64,000 nt of DNA, from NCBI GenBank assembly GCA_963735035.1, contig CAVTJJ010000003.1, forward strand, positions 864,001-928,000. Reading direction: 5' to 3'. The stretch is from an uncultured candidate division Zixibacteria bacterium. Its GTDB lineage: Bacteria > Zixibacteria > MSB-5A5 > GN15 > FEB-12. The notes under the pieces are model-generated. The model ran no database searches. It was not told where the DNA came from and was given only the letters and a program-made list of their open reading frames with translations. The translations under genes and the position numbers were made by a program. This document shows, piece by piece, positions 1 to 8,381 of the stretch (the stretch's first letter is position 1; every line of letters begins with the position of its first letter).

Positions 1-2
1 CG

Positions 3-1037
3 CGGAAGTGTTCGATTGAAGCCGCCCGTATCTGCTACGAAGCCGCTCTGGCGGCTGGCGCTCCGGAACACTGTATCCAATGGGTATCCCGATCAACCGA
101 TCAGGAGACTATTGCCCTGATGAGCCACAAGAAGACGGCCATGGTGCTCGCCACCGGCTCCACCGCGCTGGTTAGGGCCGCGTATAGTTCCGGCAACCCG
201 GCCATAGGCATAGGCCCCGGGAACGTGCCGGTGTTTATCGGCAAAACTGCCGATATTCCCTTTGCCATTGAGCAGATCTTCCTTTCCAAGACTTTCGACA
301 ACGGCACGATTTGCGCCAGTGAACAGGCGCTGGTGATAAGAGGCTGTCACGTTGACGAAGCCAAACGCCTTCTGAAAGAGCGGAAAGCCTATTTCCTCTC
401 GAAGGATGAAATTGCGCGCCTCGAAAAGATCGCCTTCAACGTCGAGCACCGCACGATGCGGCCCGAGGTGATCGGTCAGCCCGCAGCGGTGATAGCGCGC
501 ATGGCCGACATCCAGGTGCCTGATGACACCACTCTGCTGATAGCCGAGCTGGAAGATGTCGGCTTGCAGTCGCCTCTGTCGCTTGAGATTCTGGCGCCGA
601 TTCTGGCACTCTACGTAGCACCAAACCTCGAAACGGCCATCGATCTGTGCCGCAAGATCAACGTTCACGGCGGCCTGGGGCACACGATCAGCATGTTCTC
701 CAACAACGAAGAACGTATCCGGTATTTTGCGTCGACTATGAATGCCGGCCGGATTCTGGTGAACACTCCCGCCTCTCAGGGCGCTCTTGGCGGAACTTAC
801 AACGCCCTGTCCCCTTCGATGACTCTGGCCTGCGGTTCCGGCGGTAAGAATCATTCGACGGACAACATCAGCGCCATGCACTTGCTTAATATCCAGCGCA
901 TCGCCCGCAGGCGTGTCAGCCCGCATATTTCTGACGAGGCGATGGCGATGTATCTGGATGAATCGGTGACTGCGGTCGATTTCGAAAAGCACACTCGCGA
1001 TGCCCACGCGTTCGACGAATCCGCGCCTTCGGAGTGA
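3..1037 (+). CDS. CoA-acylating aldehyde dehydrogenase (AdhE N-terminal/EutE/PduP-like), 5' end outside the window
   Basis: The frame is open from position 3 (RKCSIEAARICYEAALAAGAPEHCIQW...). It carries LATG, GIGPGNVP, catalytic SKTFDNGTICASEQ and SMTLACGSGG motifs, and ends without an ADH domain. Confidence 0.85.
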   Translation, partial: RKCSIEAARICYEAALAAGAPEHCIQWVSRSTDQETIALMSHKKTAMVLATGSTALVRAAYSSGNPAIGIGPGNVPVFIGKTADIPFAIEQIFLSKTFDNGTICASEQALVIRGCHVDEAKRLLKERKAYFLSKDEIARLEKIAFNVEHRTMRPEVIGQPAAVIARMADIQVPDDTTLLIAELEDVGLQSPLSLEILAPILALYVAPNLETAIDLCRKINVHGGLGHTISMFSNNEERIRYFASTMNAGRILVNTPASQGALGGTYNALSPSMTLACGSGGKNHSTDNISAMHLLNIQRIARRRVSPHISDEAMAMYLDESVTAVDFEKHTRDAHAFDESAPSE

Positions 1038-1051
1038 ACAAGTTCCTTTGG

Positions 1052-1078
1052 CCCCCACAAACAAAAAGCCCCTGCCGA
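1052..1078. repeat. 27-bp direct repeat, left copy (second copy at 1900-1926), flanking the RAYT element
   Basis: CCCCCACAAACAAAAAGCCCCTGCCGA is identical at 1052-1078 and 1900-1926. Confidence 0.9.
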
Positions 1079-1083
1079 ACTTA

Positions 1084-1214
1084 ACGTGCCCGGCAGATGC
1101 CCACATCTGCCGACGAATGTGATTCGTGGGAGTCACAAAACTCCCCTTCTGCCATAATCGGCGACTGCCATCTACGTGCCCGGCAGATGCCCACATCTGC
1201 CGACGAATGTGATT
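1084..1214 (+). repeat. Two 41-bp REP-like direct repeats (1084-1124, 1174-1214) upstream of RAYT
   Basis: ACGTGCCCGGCAGATGCCCACATCTGCCGACGAATGTGATT occurs twice, with the hairpin CGGCAGATG-CCCA-CATCTGCCG. Confidence 0.85.
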
Positions 1215-1247
1215 GCCACGGTTTGTGCATTTCAGGCATCTTAGCAC

Positions 1248-1772
1248 ATGCCGACTCGTACGCGCCTCCAAATGACTGGGCCGTGCTTGACGTTTGTCAC
1301 CACCACGGTCACCGATTGGGTTCCCGTGTTCGGAGATAAGCGGCTGGCTGAATGTGTACTCACTACTTTTGGAGAGGGTTTGACGCGTCAGAAAGTCTCG
1401 TGCATTGCATACGTTCTGATGCCGTCGCATCTTCATGCTGTCATTGGTGTCACAGACTACTCGCTGATCTCAAGATTCATGCAAAGCTTCAAGATTATTT
1501 CGTCGAAGAATCTGAAAGAGCAACTTGGGCACAATTTCCTTGAACGAATTACCAATAGTGGAAAGTACCATTTCTGGCAGCCTCGGTACGATGAACTTGT
1601 CATCACCAGCGAAAAGCAGTTCAGGACGAAGATTCAGTACATCCATACCAATCCGGTCAGGGCGGGTTTAGTCAGGGAGGCTGTGGATTGGGTGTATTCG
1701 AGTGCGCGAAGCTGGAACGGGAAGGGACGAGGGATAGTCCCAATTGATACTACTTTTTCATTTGAGCGGTGA
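1248..1772 (+). mobile_element. REP-associated tyrosine transposase (RAYT; Y1/HUH, IS200-like family)
   Basis: 174 aa with FVT, VLMPSHLH (HUH), FWQ, YIHTNPVRAGLV (catalytic Tyr) and WVYSS motifs, flanked by inverted REPs. Confidence 0.9.
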
Positions 1773-1790
1773 AGAGTCTTTCTTGCTTGC

Positions 1791-1817
1791 CGGCAGATGT
1801 GGGCATCTGCCGGGCAC
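1791..1817 (-). repeat. Inverted REP copy downstream of RAYT
   Basis: CGGCAGATGTGGGCATCTGCCGGGCAC is the exact reverse complement of the REP core at 1086-1112. Confidence 0.85.
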
Positions 1818-1910
1818 TCTAAGGAAGAACCGACTCTTGTTCACCTAGGTCTATACGTTCAACGAGTCTTTCAAACCTACGAACTAAGAAACACAGGCCC
1901 CCCCACAAAC

Positions 1911-1942
1911 AAAAAGCCCCTGCCGATAGGCAGGGGCTTTTT
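1911..1942. terminator. Bidirectional intrinsic terminator (ends the Mtr-like operon)
   Basis: AAAAAGCCCCTGCC-GATA-GGCAGGGGCTTTTT hairpin with A and T tracts on either side, between convergent genes. Confidence 0.85.
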
Positions 1943-1963
1943 CACTCGATCGAGTAATCTCAA

Positions 1964-3064
1964 TTAGTGAGCGGAATAAGTGCGCGGCTCTGATTTCACA
2001 GCAGCGGTAACGCCACTCGCGTTTCCCGTTCTGATGAAGTTCAGAGATGACTGGAGCAGGCCGAGAGCATATTCGGTATTGTGAATGCCCTCGGACCGGT
2101 CTTCCTTGACGAACATGTAGTTGTAAACCGCACCCGTGGAGTCTTTGCTCTTGACAATCCTATTACCCATTGGTGCGTAGGTGGTGTCAGCGGTCCCATC
2201 TTCGAACTCTTCGATGGAATAATCGGCCAGGCCGACGTCGTAAAGGGCGGCGCCGAGGGAATCAAGGTACTCTACGATAGACGTCTGCACGCCGGTAGAA
2301 TCAAAACCCTTCATCTCAGCGTTGTGGCAAGTGGACCTGTTGCATCCAACAAGATTCTGTTCTTCGCCCTCGACCGTCACGGCTGCCATGGTCCAGGTAT
2401 GTCCGCCCAATTCAACACCGACTGACGGCGACATGTGACAGTCAATGCAACCATCAACGGCAACATTGGAGTGGGGGGAGTTCGTATAGGTGTAACCGTC
2501 ATACTCGTAACCACCGCTGCCATTCAGCATATCGCCCTGCGGGCCGTGGTGCGGACCGAAACGCGACGAAAGCTTCACGCTGTCAGCAACAGTGGTTCGT
2601 ACATCCTTCCGGCTGTGATGACAATTCACGCAGAGATTGGCTTCACCATGATCGAAGACGTCGCCGTTAAGCAGCGTATACGGTTCAGTCACGCGAAGCG
2701 CCAGGGTTCCGGTGGTATGCGGGGCGTGGCAAGTGAAGCATCCGATAGACGAATAATGTGACGAGTCAAAGGGTACGTCGGTAATAGCAGAGATGAATCC
2801 CTCCGCCGTATGGCATTCCCCGCACGAACCCTCGCCGACATTGGCGTTGAGGATAGTCGTCGCACCTTCGCCGTGTTTCGAGTTAGCCCACTGTGTCTGG
2901 GCGGCTACCAGCTTTAGATCACCGTCGCCATGGCATTCCATGCAGGCGTCCGCGCCGGCGAAGGTATTGTCTTGTACGATGGTGTTGGTCACTTTCCGCT
3001 CGCAACCAAGCGCCAATATCAGCGAGGCGCAAAGCAGAATCGTGAATATGACTGTACGTTTCAT
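1964..3064 (-). CDS. Multiheme c-type cytochrome lipoprotein (5 CXXCH + 1 CX4CH)
   Basis: Lipobox LALG-C. Motifs CMECH, CGECH, CFTCH, CVNCH, CIDCH and CNRSTCH. Last gene of the porin-cytochrome operon. Confidence 0.85.
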   Translation of the reverse strand: MKRTVIFTILLCASLILALGCERKVTNTIVQDNTFAGADACMECHGDGDLKLVAAQTQWANSKHGEGATTILNANVGEGSCGECHTAEGFISAITDVPFDSSHYSSIGCFTCHAPHTTGTLALRVTEPYTLLNGDVFDHGEANLCVNCHHSRKDVRTTVADSVKLSSRFGPHHGPQGDMLNGSGGYEYDGYTYTNSPHSNVAVDGCIDCHMSPSVGVELGGHTWTMAAVTVEGEEQNLVGCNRSTCHNAEMKGFDSTGVQTSIVEYLDSLGAALYDVGLADYSIEEFEDGTADTTYAPMGNRIVKSKDSTGAVYNYMFVKEDRSEGIHNTEYALGLLQSSLNFIRTGNASGVTAAVKSEPRTYSAH

Positions 3065-3076
3065 GTGTCCGTCTCC

Positions 3077-4645
3077 TTAGAATTGGACGTCTTTTATCAA
3101 ACTAACTTCTACTATATTCGCGGTGTAATACTTGTCCCCCAGCAGGAAATCGTCGTAGTTGAATACATCGTAGCGCGCCTCCAGCCGATGCCCCTTCGGG
3201 AACCGGTACGACACGCCAAGATCAACGCTGAACTTCTCGATATCCTGATCGCGTCTGCTGCGGTAGTACGTTCCCCCTCCATCGACCGTGAAATTCTTCC
3301 AGGCCACCGGATAAACGTGTCCGGTGAGAAGGTGATCGATGAAGTTGTAACTCGTGACGTCACTCCGGTTGTTATAGGACCCGTCGTAGTAGGAATACGT
3401 AAAGGTCAAGCGTCCCAGCTTCGAACGAGTCAGGTTCACCTCGCTGGAGAGCACGTTGTAGTCAACCTTGCTGGTCAGATCGTCATTCTTGCGGGTACGA
3501 CCGTCCCAACGGGCGGATACATCGCCCCACTCCGGCTGAATGAACTTTGCCATGAGCGAATGGTGGGTCCGGTTTTCGTCGCCCAACAGCGTTACGCCGT
3601 CGGTGACATCGGTCTTGCGGGTTGAAAAACCGCCGCTGAAATACCACTTATCGGCCGGTTTCAGCCAGGCGTTGGCCAGCATACCGTTCAGTTTGGTGCG
3701 ATTTTCAAAATCGTCACCGGTCCGGCTTTCATATCCGACCCTGACACCACCCCAGTGGCTCCATGATTTTCCGAGCATAAGCGTATGGGAATAGTTGTCG
3801 ACCGTGCGTTGCGGTTCATTTCGCTCGGTGATAGCATAGATAAGCTTGTATTCGGCGAACAGGGTCGATGTAAAGTTGAATCTGGCATCGCCCCAGTACT
3901 GACTCGTCTTCAATTCAGTGGCGGACAGATCAGCCTTGTCCTTACGATAGTTCAATCCGCCCGAAACCTGGAGCTGTTCGCAGCGCGGCAGCTTGGAGGT
4001 GGCCTGAAGATTCAATAGATCGGCCGTGCGGTTCGCAGCCAGCGGCGTGTTGTCAGTGAAGTCAAAGCGACGATAATCCACCCGGAACTGGTGGCTGGCA
4101 TCTCCCACCTGGGCGCCAACATTATAAGTGTTCTGGGACCAATCGTTGCCGCGAGAAACGGTATCGCTGACCGCCGGCAGGACAAAGAAGTCCCGGCCGA
4201 ACTTGTCCATACGACCGTACCCGGCGTTGAACTTCACGAATTGATTAGGCTGATAATTGGCCTGAACGTTGGTCGCGCGACGGCGCGTATAGTCGCTGCC
4301 ACTGTCGCTGTAGATCCGACGATACTGCGTGTTGGTCACGCTCAAGCCGAAACTGCCGGGCTTGCCCAGCGAAAATCTGACATTACGGTTGTTGAGCGTA
4401 ATATTATTGAGGTCGGCCTTGAATCTCATGCCGCTGTCCCAGTTGTAGCGCCACTGGTTGAGCGAAACGCCGAATCCCTCGTAAGTATTGTAGGTCTCTT
4501 GATTGACCGCCCGGGATCCTTCCTCGTCGAGATAGGTATATCCCAGTTTGACCGAACCACCACCGTTACCGGCGGCATGGATCGCCGGGGTCACCAGGAT
4601 GGCGATCAAAGCGAACAAAGCCGTTGCGTAGTATTTCTGTTTCAT
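3077..4645 (-). CDS. Outer-membrane beta-barrel porin, MtrB/PioB-like partner of the decaheme cytochrome
   Basis: Signal peptide, alternating amphipathic beta-strands rich in Y/G/N/T, C-terminal Phe (DVQF). Directly downstream of a decaheme cytochrome. Confidence 0.75.
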   Translation of the reverse strand: MKQKYYATALFALIAILVTPAIHAAGNGGGSVKLGYTYLDEEGSRAVNQETYNTYEGFGVSLNQWRYNWDSGMRFKADLNNITLNNRNVRFSLGKPGSFGLSVTNTQYRRIYSDSGSDYTRRRATNVQANYQPNQFVKFNAGYGRMDKFGRDFFVLPAVSDTVSRGNDWSQNTYNVGAQVGDASHQFRVDYRRFDFTDNTPLAANRTADLLNLQATSKLPRCEQLQVSGGLNYRKDKADLSATELKTSQYWGDARFNFTSTLFAEYKLIYAITERNEPQRTVDNYSHTLMLGKSWSHWGGVRVGYESRTGDDFENRTKLNGMLANAWLKPADKWYFSGGFSTRKTDVTDGVTLLGDENRTHHSLMAKFIQPEWGDVSARWDGRTRKNDDLTSKVDYNVLSSEVNLTRSKLGRLTFTYSYYDGSYNNRSDVTSYNFIDHLLTGHVYPVAWKNFTVDGGGTYYRSRRDQDIEKFSVDLGVSYRFPKGHRLEARYDVFNYDDFLLGDKYYTANIVEVSLIKDVQF

Positions 4646-4657
4646 CGCGCCGCCTCC

Positions 4658-5578
4658 TCAGTTCACACCGTGACACCAGCAACTCTGACCGTAGGTCGTA
4701 GAGATGTCGCTGGACAGCAGTTTGCGGGTGGTCGACGAGCCATGGATGTCGCTATGGCACGCCAGGCAGTCGATTCCGGCGTAGACGCCGCCGTGCGCCG
4801 TGTTATGTGTCGGAACCATGTGACAGTAGTTACAGATCTGAGACTTGGGCTGTCTCAGGAGCTGATCGTTTTCACTGCCGTGAGGATAGTGGCATTCCAT
4901 GCACCAGCCGCTCTCCGAGCTAAACGTGCTCGAACTCTGATGGCCGTACAGGAACGGGCCACTCTGCTCCATATGGCAAGAGTAGCAGTTAGCCGACGCT
5001 CCAAGCCCTATTTCCGGCTCCGAAACGCCCAGGAAGCGATGGCAACTCGTGCAAGTAAAGGTGCCTTCGATCAAAGGGTGGTTGGAGCGCTTGTGGAACT
5101 GGAGAGCGACCGATTCGTGGCATTTTTTGCACGGTTGATCACCGGTCCAGGCCGCCGCCTGGTGAACCGAATGGCAACTCGTGCACGACATCCCCAGCCC
5201 GGCATGAGGATCATGCCCGGCCATCCCCAACCCCGGATGAGGCTGGTGGCAGGTGGTGCAGGTTGAGCCGGTCTTCGAGGGATCCTGAGTCGCCGGATTC
5301 GTGATATTATCCTTTGAAGGATTCTCGATGTGGACCGGACCACCCTCGTGGCAAGATACGCAGGCAACGGTGTGGTTGCCCTTCAAGCCCAGAGCGTGGG
5401 TGGTTTTGGCCAGTCCGGCGTCGTAGCCTTCGTGACACGACAGACAGGTCGCATTGTCGACCCCTGCCGGCGCGGCCGGTGTTTCGCCCGCTGAAAGAGC
5501 GGCCGAAGTTAGCAATCCCAGTCCCGCGATCAATAGACCAAGCAGGAACCGGTGTGAATTTGGGTTTTTCTCCGTCAT
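4658..5578 (-). CDS. MtrA/DmsE-family periplasmic decaheme cytochrome c
   Basis: Signal peptide and 10 CXXCH motifs in 306 aa. MtrA-like segments SGPFLYGH..CMECHYPHGSEND.LL and CLACHSDIHGS. Extra C-terminal CWCH. Confidence 0.85.
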   Translation of the reverse strand: MTEKNPNSHRFLLGLLIAGLGLLTSAALSAGETPAAPAGVDNATCLSCHEGYDAGLAKTTHALGLKGNHTVACVSCHEGGPVHIENPSKDNITNPATQDPSKTGSTCTTCHQPHPGLGMAGHDPHAGLGMSCTSCHSVHQAAAWTGDQPCKKCHESVALQFHKRSNHPLIEGTFTCTSCHRFLGVSEPEIGLGASANCYSCHMEQSGPFLYGHQSSSTFSSESGWCMECHYPHGSENDQLLRQPKSQICNYCHMVPTHNTAHGGVYAGIDCLACHSDIHGSSTTRKLLSSDISTTYGQSCWCHGVN

Positions 5579-5650
5579 GGCTTGTCCTGAAGAACCTTGT
5601 CCTTAGTCGACGTTTACATCCATGTACACGACACCTGCATTGGTGCGGGT

Positions 5651-5668
5651 TTGTGACATTTTTAACAA
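5651..5668. promoter_or_regulatory. Putative Rex (or CRP-family) operator upstream of the mtrA-like operon
   Basis: TTGTGACATTTTTAACAA matches TTGTGAA-N4-TTCACAA at 12 of 14 positions. Confidence 0.5.
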
Positions 5669-5933
5669 GATAAAAAAACTTTCCATGGTCATCTTTGTCG
5701 GCAATGATCCACCGAACCTTTAGCTTTCCCAGTGACATACATGTCGTAACTGATTTGGACGGGGAATCCGATCATCCGGATCATCCAGCCGTAACCGCCT
5801 GAAAGCTAATCATCTACGCCGACATCACGTATCTTGAGCGGCACCCCAATCATCTGGATGATTGACGCTTAATCCCACACATAAAGTGCGAAGCATGCCT
5901 TACTGTGCGGAGCTTCCTATGTGATCCCAAGGC

Positions 5934-5967
5934 AAAAAAAGAGGAGGAGAGCTAAGCTCTCCTCCTC
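5934..5967 (-). terminator. Intrinsic terminator of the OmcS-like gene
   Basis: Perfect 12-bp stem GAGGAGGAGAGC-TAA-GCTCTCCTCCTC followed by T7 on the minus strand, about 20 nt after the stop codon. Confidence 0.85.
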
Positions 5968-5989
5968 GGAAATACCCACGTATCGTGTC

Positions 5990-7015
5990 TTACGGCAGGT
6001 TCAGAGCAACGGTACCCTGAGAATGGCACTGCTGACAGACAACTTTCGGAGCCGTTCCATCGCCTTCTTCGTCAATCGCGGCAGCGCCGGTAGCGAAGAT
6101 CAAGCCAAAGGCATTCTGGTTGCCGTGGCCCTTGTGGCAGCTAAAGCAGCTCGGCGTCAGATCGGCCGGAGCGGTCGCAAAGTTGGTACCCTGCGTACCC
6201 CAGTCACCGGTGGAGCTCATGACCTTGACGCGGTAGGGGCGGTTGCTGAAGCGACGAGTCGCACCAACGCTGATGTTGGCACCAGCGGTTGGGTGACGCA
6301 CCCAGGCGCTGTCGGTCATGTTGTACATGTTGGCGTTCGACGAGTTGCCGTGGAAATTCGTGTGGCAGTCGCGGCAGAAAGCAGCATAGGCCGACGAATC
6401 CTGGTACGGCTCGTTGAAATCGATATTGTCGACACTGTAATGGTCAGCAATCGCGGCACTGCGCTGGAAGACAGCCGTGGCCAGATTGTTGGTGCCGGTT
6501 GAATAGGTAATGTAATGACGGGCTGAGGATCCCACACCGCTAGAACGGGTATTGCGATAGTAAGCGTTGCCGTGCACGGTATGGCAGTTGGTGCAGCTCA
6601 AACCGTCGGCATTGCTCCAGGTACCGCCCGGGGCGACGTCAGTCGAGCCAATGGTATGGCCGGTAACGTCGAAGTACGGGGCGGTATTATCCATGTTCAA
6701 ACCACCACCCATACGACCGTTGGTGTACTGGGTCCCACCGTTGGCGCCCATGACATCAGGGGCAAACGTCTGGTTGTTGTGACAGCCGAGGCAGAGGTTC
6801 GTGACCTCATCGCGCAACAGAGCGTCATTCGGGCCGTTCGGGGTTACAAAGTATCCCGATCCGGCTGAGTCGGCATTGTAACCGTGCTGTTGGCTGGAGT
6901 GCATTACGTGGCACTCATTGCAATTCAGAGTCGCCTGGTAATGATAGTCTCCGGCCATGGCTCCCGCTGCAAACAACGCAACGAGTCCAGCCGCTACCAT
7001 GAAAGTGTTTCTCAT
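5990..7015 (-). CDS. OmcS-like hexaheme cytochrome c (candidate nanowire subunit)
   Basis: AAGGAG RBS, start MRNTF, signal peptide AMA. Six CXXCH motifs plus OmcS-like segments YH-x6-CNECHVMH, GH..APGGTW..LSCTNCHTVHG, RHP, CFSCHKGH and terminal CQQCH. Confidence 0.8.
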   Translation of the reverse strand: MRNTFMVAAGLVALFAAGAMAGDYHYQATLNCNECHVMHSSQQHGYNADSAGSGYFVTPNGPNDALLRDEVTNLCLGCHNNQTFAPDVMGANGGTQYTNGRMGGGLNMDNTAPYFDVTGHTIGSTDVAPGGTWSNADGLSCTNCHTVHGNAYYRNTRSSGVGSSARHYITYSTGTNNLATAVFQRSAAIADHYSVDNIDFNEPYQDSSAYAAFCRDCHTNFHGNSSNANMYNMTDSAWVRHPTAGANISVGATRRFSNRPYRVKVMSSTGDWGTQGTNFATAPADLTPSCFSCHKGHGNQNAFGLIFATGAAAIDEEGDGTAPKVVCQQCHSQGTVALNLP

Positions 7016-7184
7016 GAAGAACTCCTTAATAAACACACAGTACTGAGGTTGAAGTGTTATTGGACATCACTAAATTGGCTCTGCAAGCGGCCGGAATTGA
7101 AAAGTGCCGACCGAATCCAAACAGGAGAATCAGGTAGGAAATTTCTTCCTCAAAGAAGCGAGCGATGACACATCGGTGACAATA

Positions 7185-7202
7185 TTGTGAAACTTTTAGC
7201 AA
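7185..7202. promoter_or_regulatory. Putative Rex (or CRP-family) operator upstream of the omcS-like gene
   Basis: TTGTGAAACTTTTAGCAA matches TTGTGAA-N4-TTCACAA at 12 of 14 positions. Confidence 0.5.
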
Positions 7203-7403
7203 GCCGTCGTAAAGCTTAAGCATTGTGGTCGTTTGTTTCGTCACAAATGTTACTCAGTAATCACTAGGTAAGTACTAGTTCAATCTGGCGTAAAGATATC
7301 AATATTACCCGATAAGTCAATACCAAATTATTCGAGAACTTGAATCTTTTTTGTCGTAAATCTATACCAGCTAGTAAGTTAAACTACTACTGGGAAGGTG
7401 GGA

Positions 7404-8381
7404 TTACCTGATCTGGTACTTTTGGATTCGTCGACCTGACCGCTCGACGACGTAAAACGTTGAACTGCCGTCACTTGCAATTCCGATCGGATACTGGAAG
7501 AACCCCGGCTGTCGGCCGTATGCCCCGATCATCGTAAAGAAATCTCCGGTCCCTAAATAGACCTTTACAGTCTGCCGTAATTCGTCCAGAATCAAAATGA
7601 ACCGCCCCCCCTGACCATCGGACAAAAACCCGAATCCGGCAGGAAACGTCAAATCCTGTCTTTCGACATCGTGGCCGCCAAAACCGAACAGATATTGTCC
7701 GAGCGTATCGAAGACTTTTACGGCCGGAGTTCCGTAGATATCGCCAACATAGACTTTTCCGTCGTACATCCCCAGGCCAACCGGCGTATTGAGCTGATTG
7801 GCGGAATCTCCCTTCGATCCGATTGTACGAACCAAGAGAAGGTCCTGATCCAGAAGCAGCACGGTGGTGCGATCACCGTTGACGGCCAGACAGAACCGGT
7901 CGGTCGCGTCGACGGTCACGCACGAGACTTTCAAGTGAAGGGCAGTGTCGCCCAGCAATTGGCTGGGCCAAACGTTGTCAATAACGCGCCCCCGAAAGTC
8001 CAGGAGATCAAGTCGATCACTGATAGCATCAAGAAGCAGTATCTCCCCCCGACTATTAACTGCCATCGCCTTCGGCTGTCCGGCGAGAGTTCTTCCCGAG
8101 GCGTCTCTCACGAAATGCCGGAAAGAGAACTTACAGGTCAACTGGCGATCGTAGATCAGCACCCGGCTATTTCCAGCGTCGGCGACAAACACTTCTCCCG
8201 CCGTAGTGTCAAACCAGATGCCGGCCGGATCTTTGAGCATGGAGCCGAAACCGTCATCGTAGGCGACCGCCGTTACGGAAATGGCCGCCTGCAACGAATC
8301 CGCATCAAGAGCCGACGCAGTCGTGGCGCCCAGACCCGACAGAACGATAAGACCAAGAGCACAGACTCGAATCGGGCTCAT
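7404..8381 (-). CDS. NHL-repeat beta-propeller exported protein
   Basis: Signal peptide and repeated P.GI...G.VYVAD.GN.RV-type NHL blades. Confidence 0.85.
   Translation of the reverse strand: MSPIRVCALGLIVLSGLGATTASALDADSLQAAISVTAVAYDDGFGSMLKDPAGIWFDTTAGEVFVADAGNSRVLIYDRQLTCKFSFRHFVRDASGRTLAGQPKAMAVNSRGEILLLDAISDRLDLLDFRGRVIDNVWPSQLLGDTALHLKVSCVTVDATDRFCLAVNGDRTTVLLLDQDLLLVRTIGSKGDSANQLNTPVGLGMYDGKVYVGDIYGTPAVKVFDTLGQYLFGFGGHDVERQDLTFPAGFGFLSDGQGGRFILILDELRQTVKVYLGTGDFFTMIGAYGRQPGFFQYPIGIASDGSSTFYVVERSGRRIQKYQIR

Noticed and set aside
1084..1214. Possible mini CRISPR array (41-bp repeat, 49-bp spacer)
   Set aside because: There are only two direct copies, a third is inverted beyond a RAYT gene, and no cas genes are present. 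REP explains it better.
93..1436. Long alternative-frame ORFs such as 93-1436(-), 4091-5266(+), 30519-31397(-), 48638-49720(-) and 61466-62365(+)
   Set aside because: They are antisense shadows of well-supported genes in GC-rich DNA and show no recognisable motifs.
7016..7403. GEMM-I (c-di-GMP/cGAMP) riboswitch upstream of the omcS-like gene, as known for Geobacter omcS
   Set aside because: I could not find the GCAAA...GAAA...GACGCAAAGC core on the minus strand. An Infernal scan would settle it.
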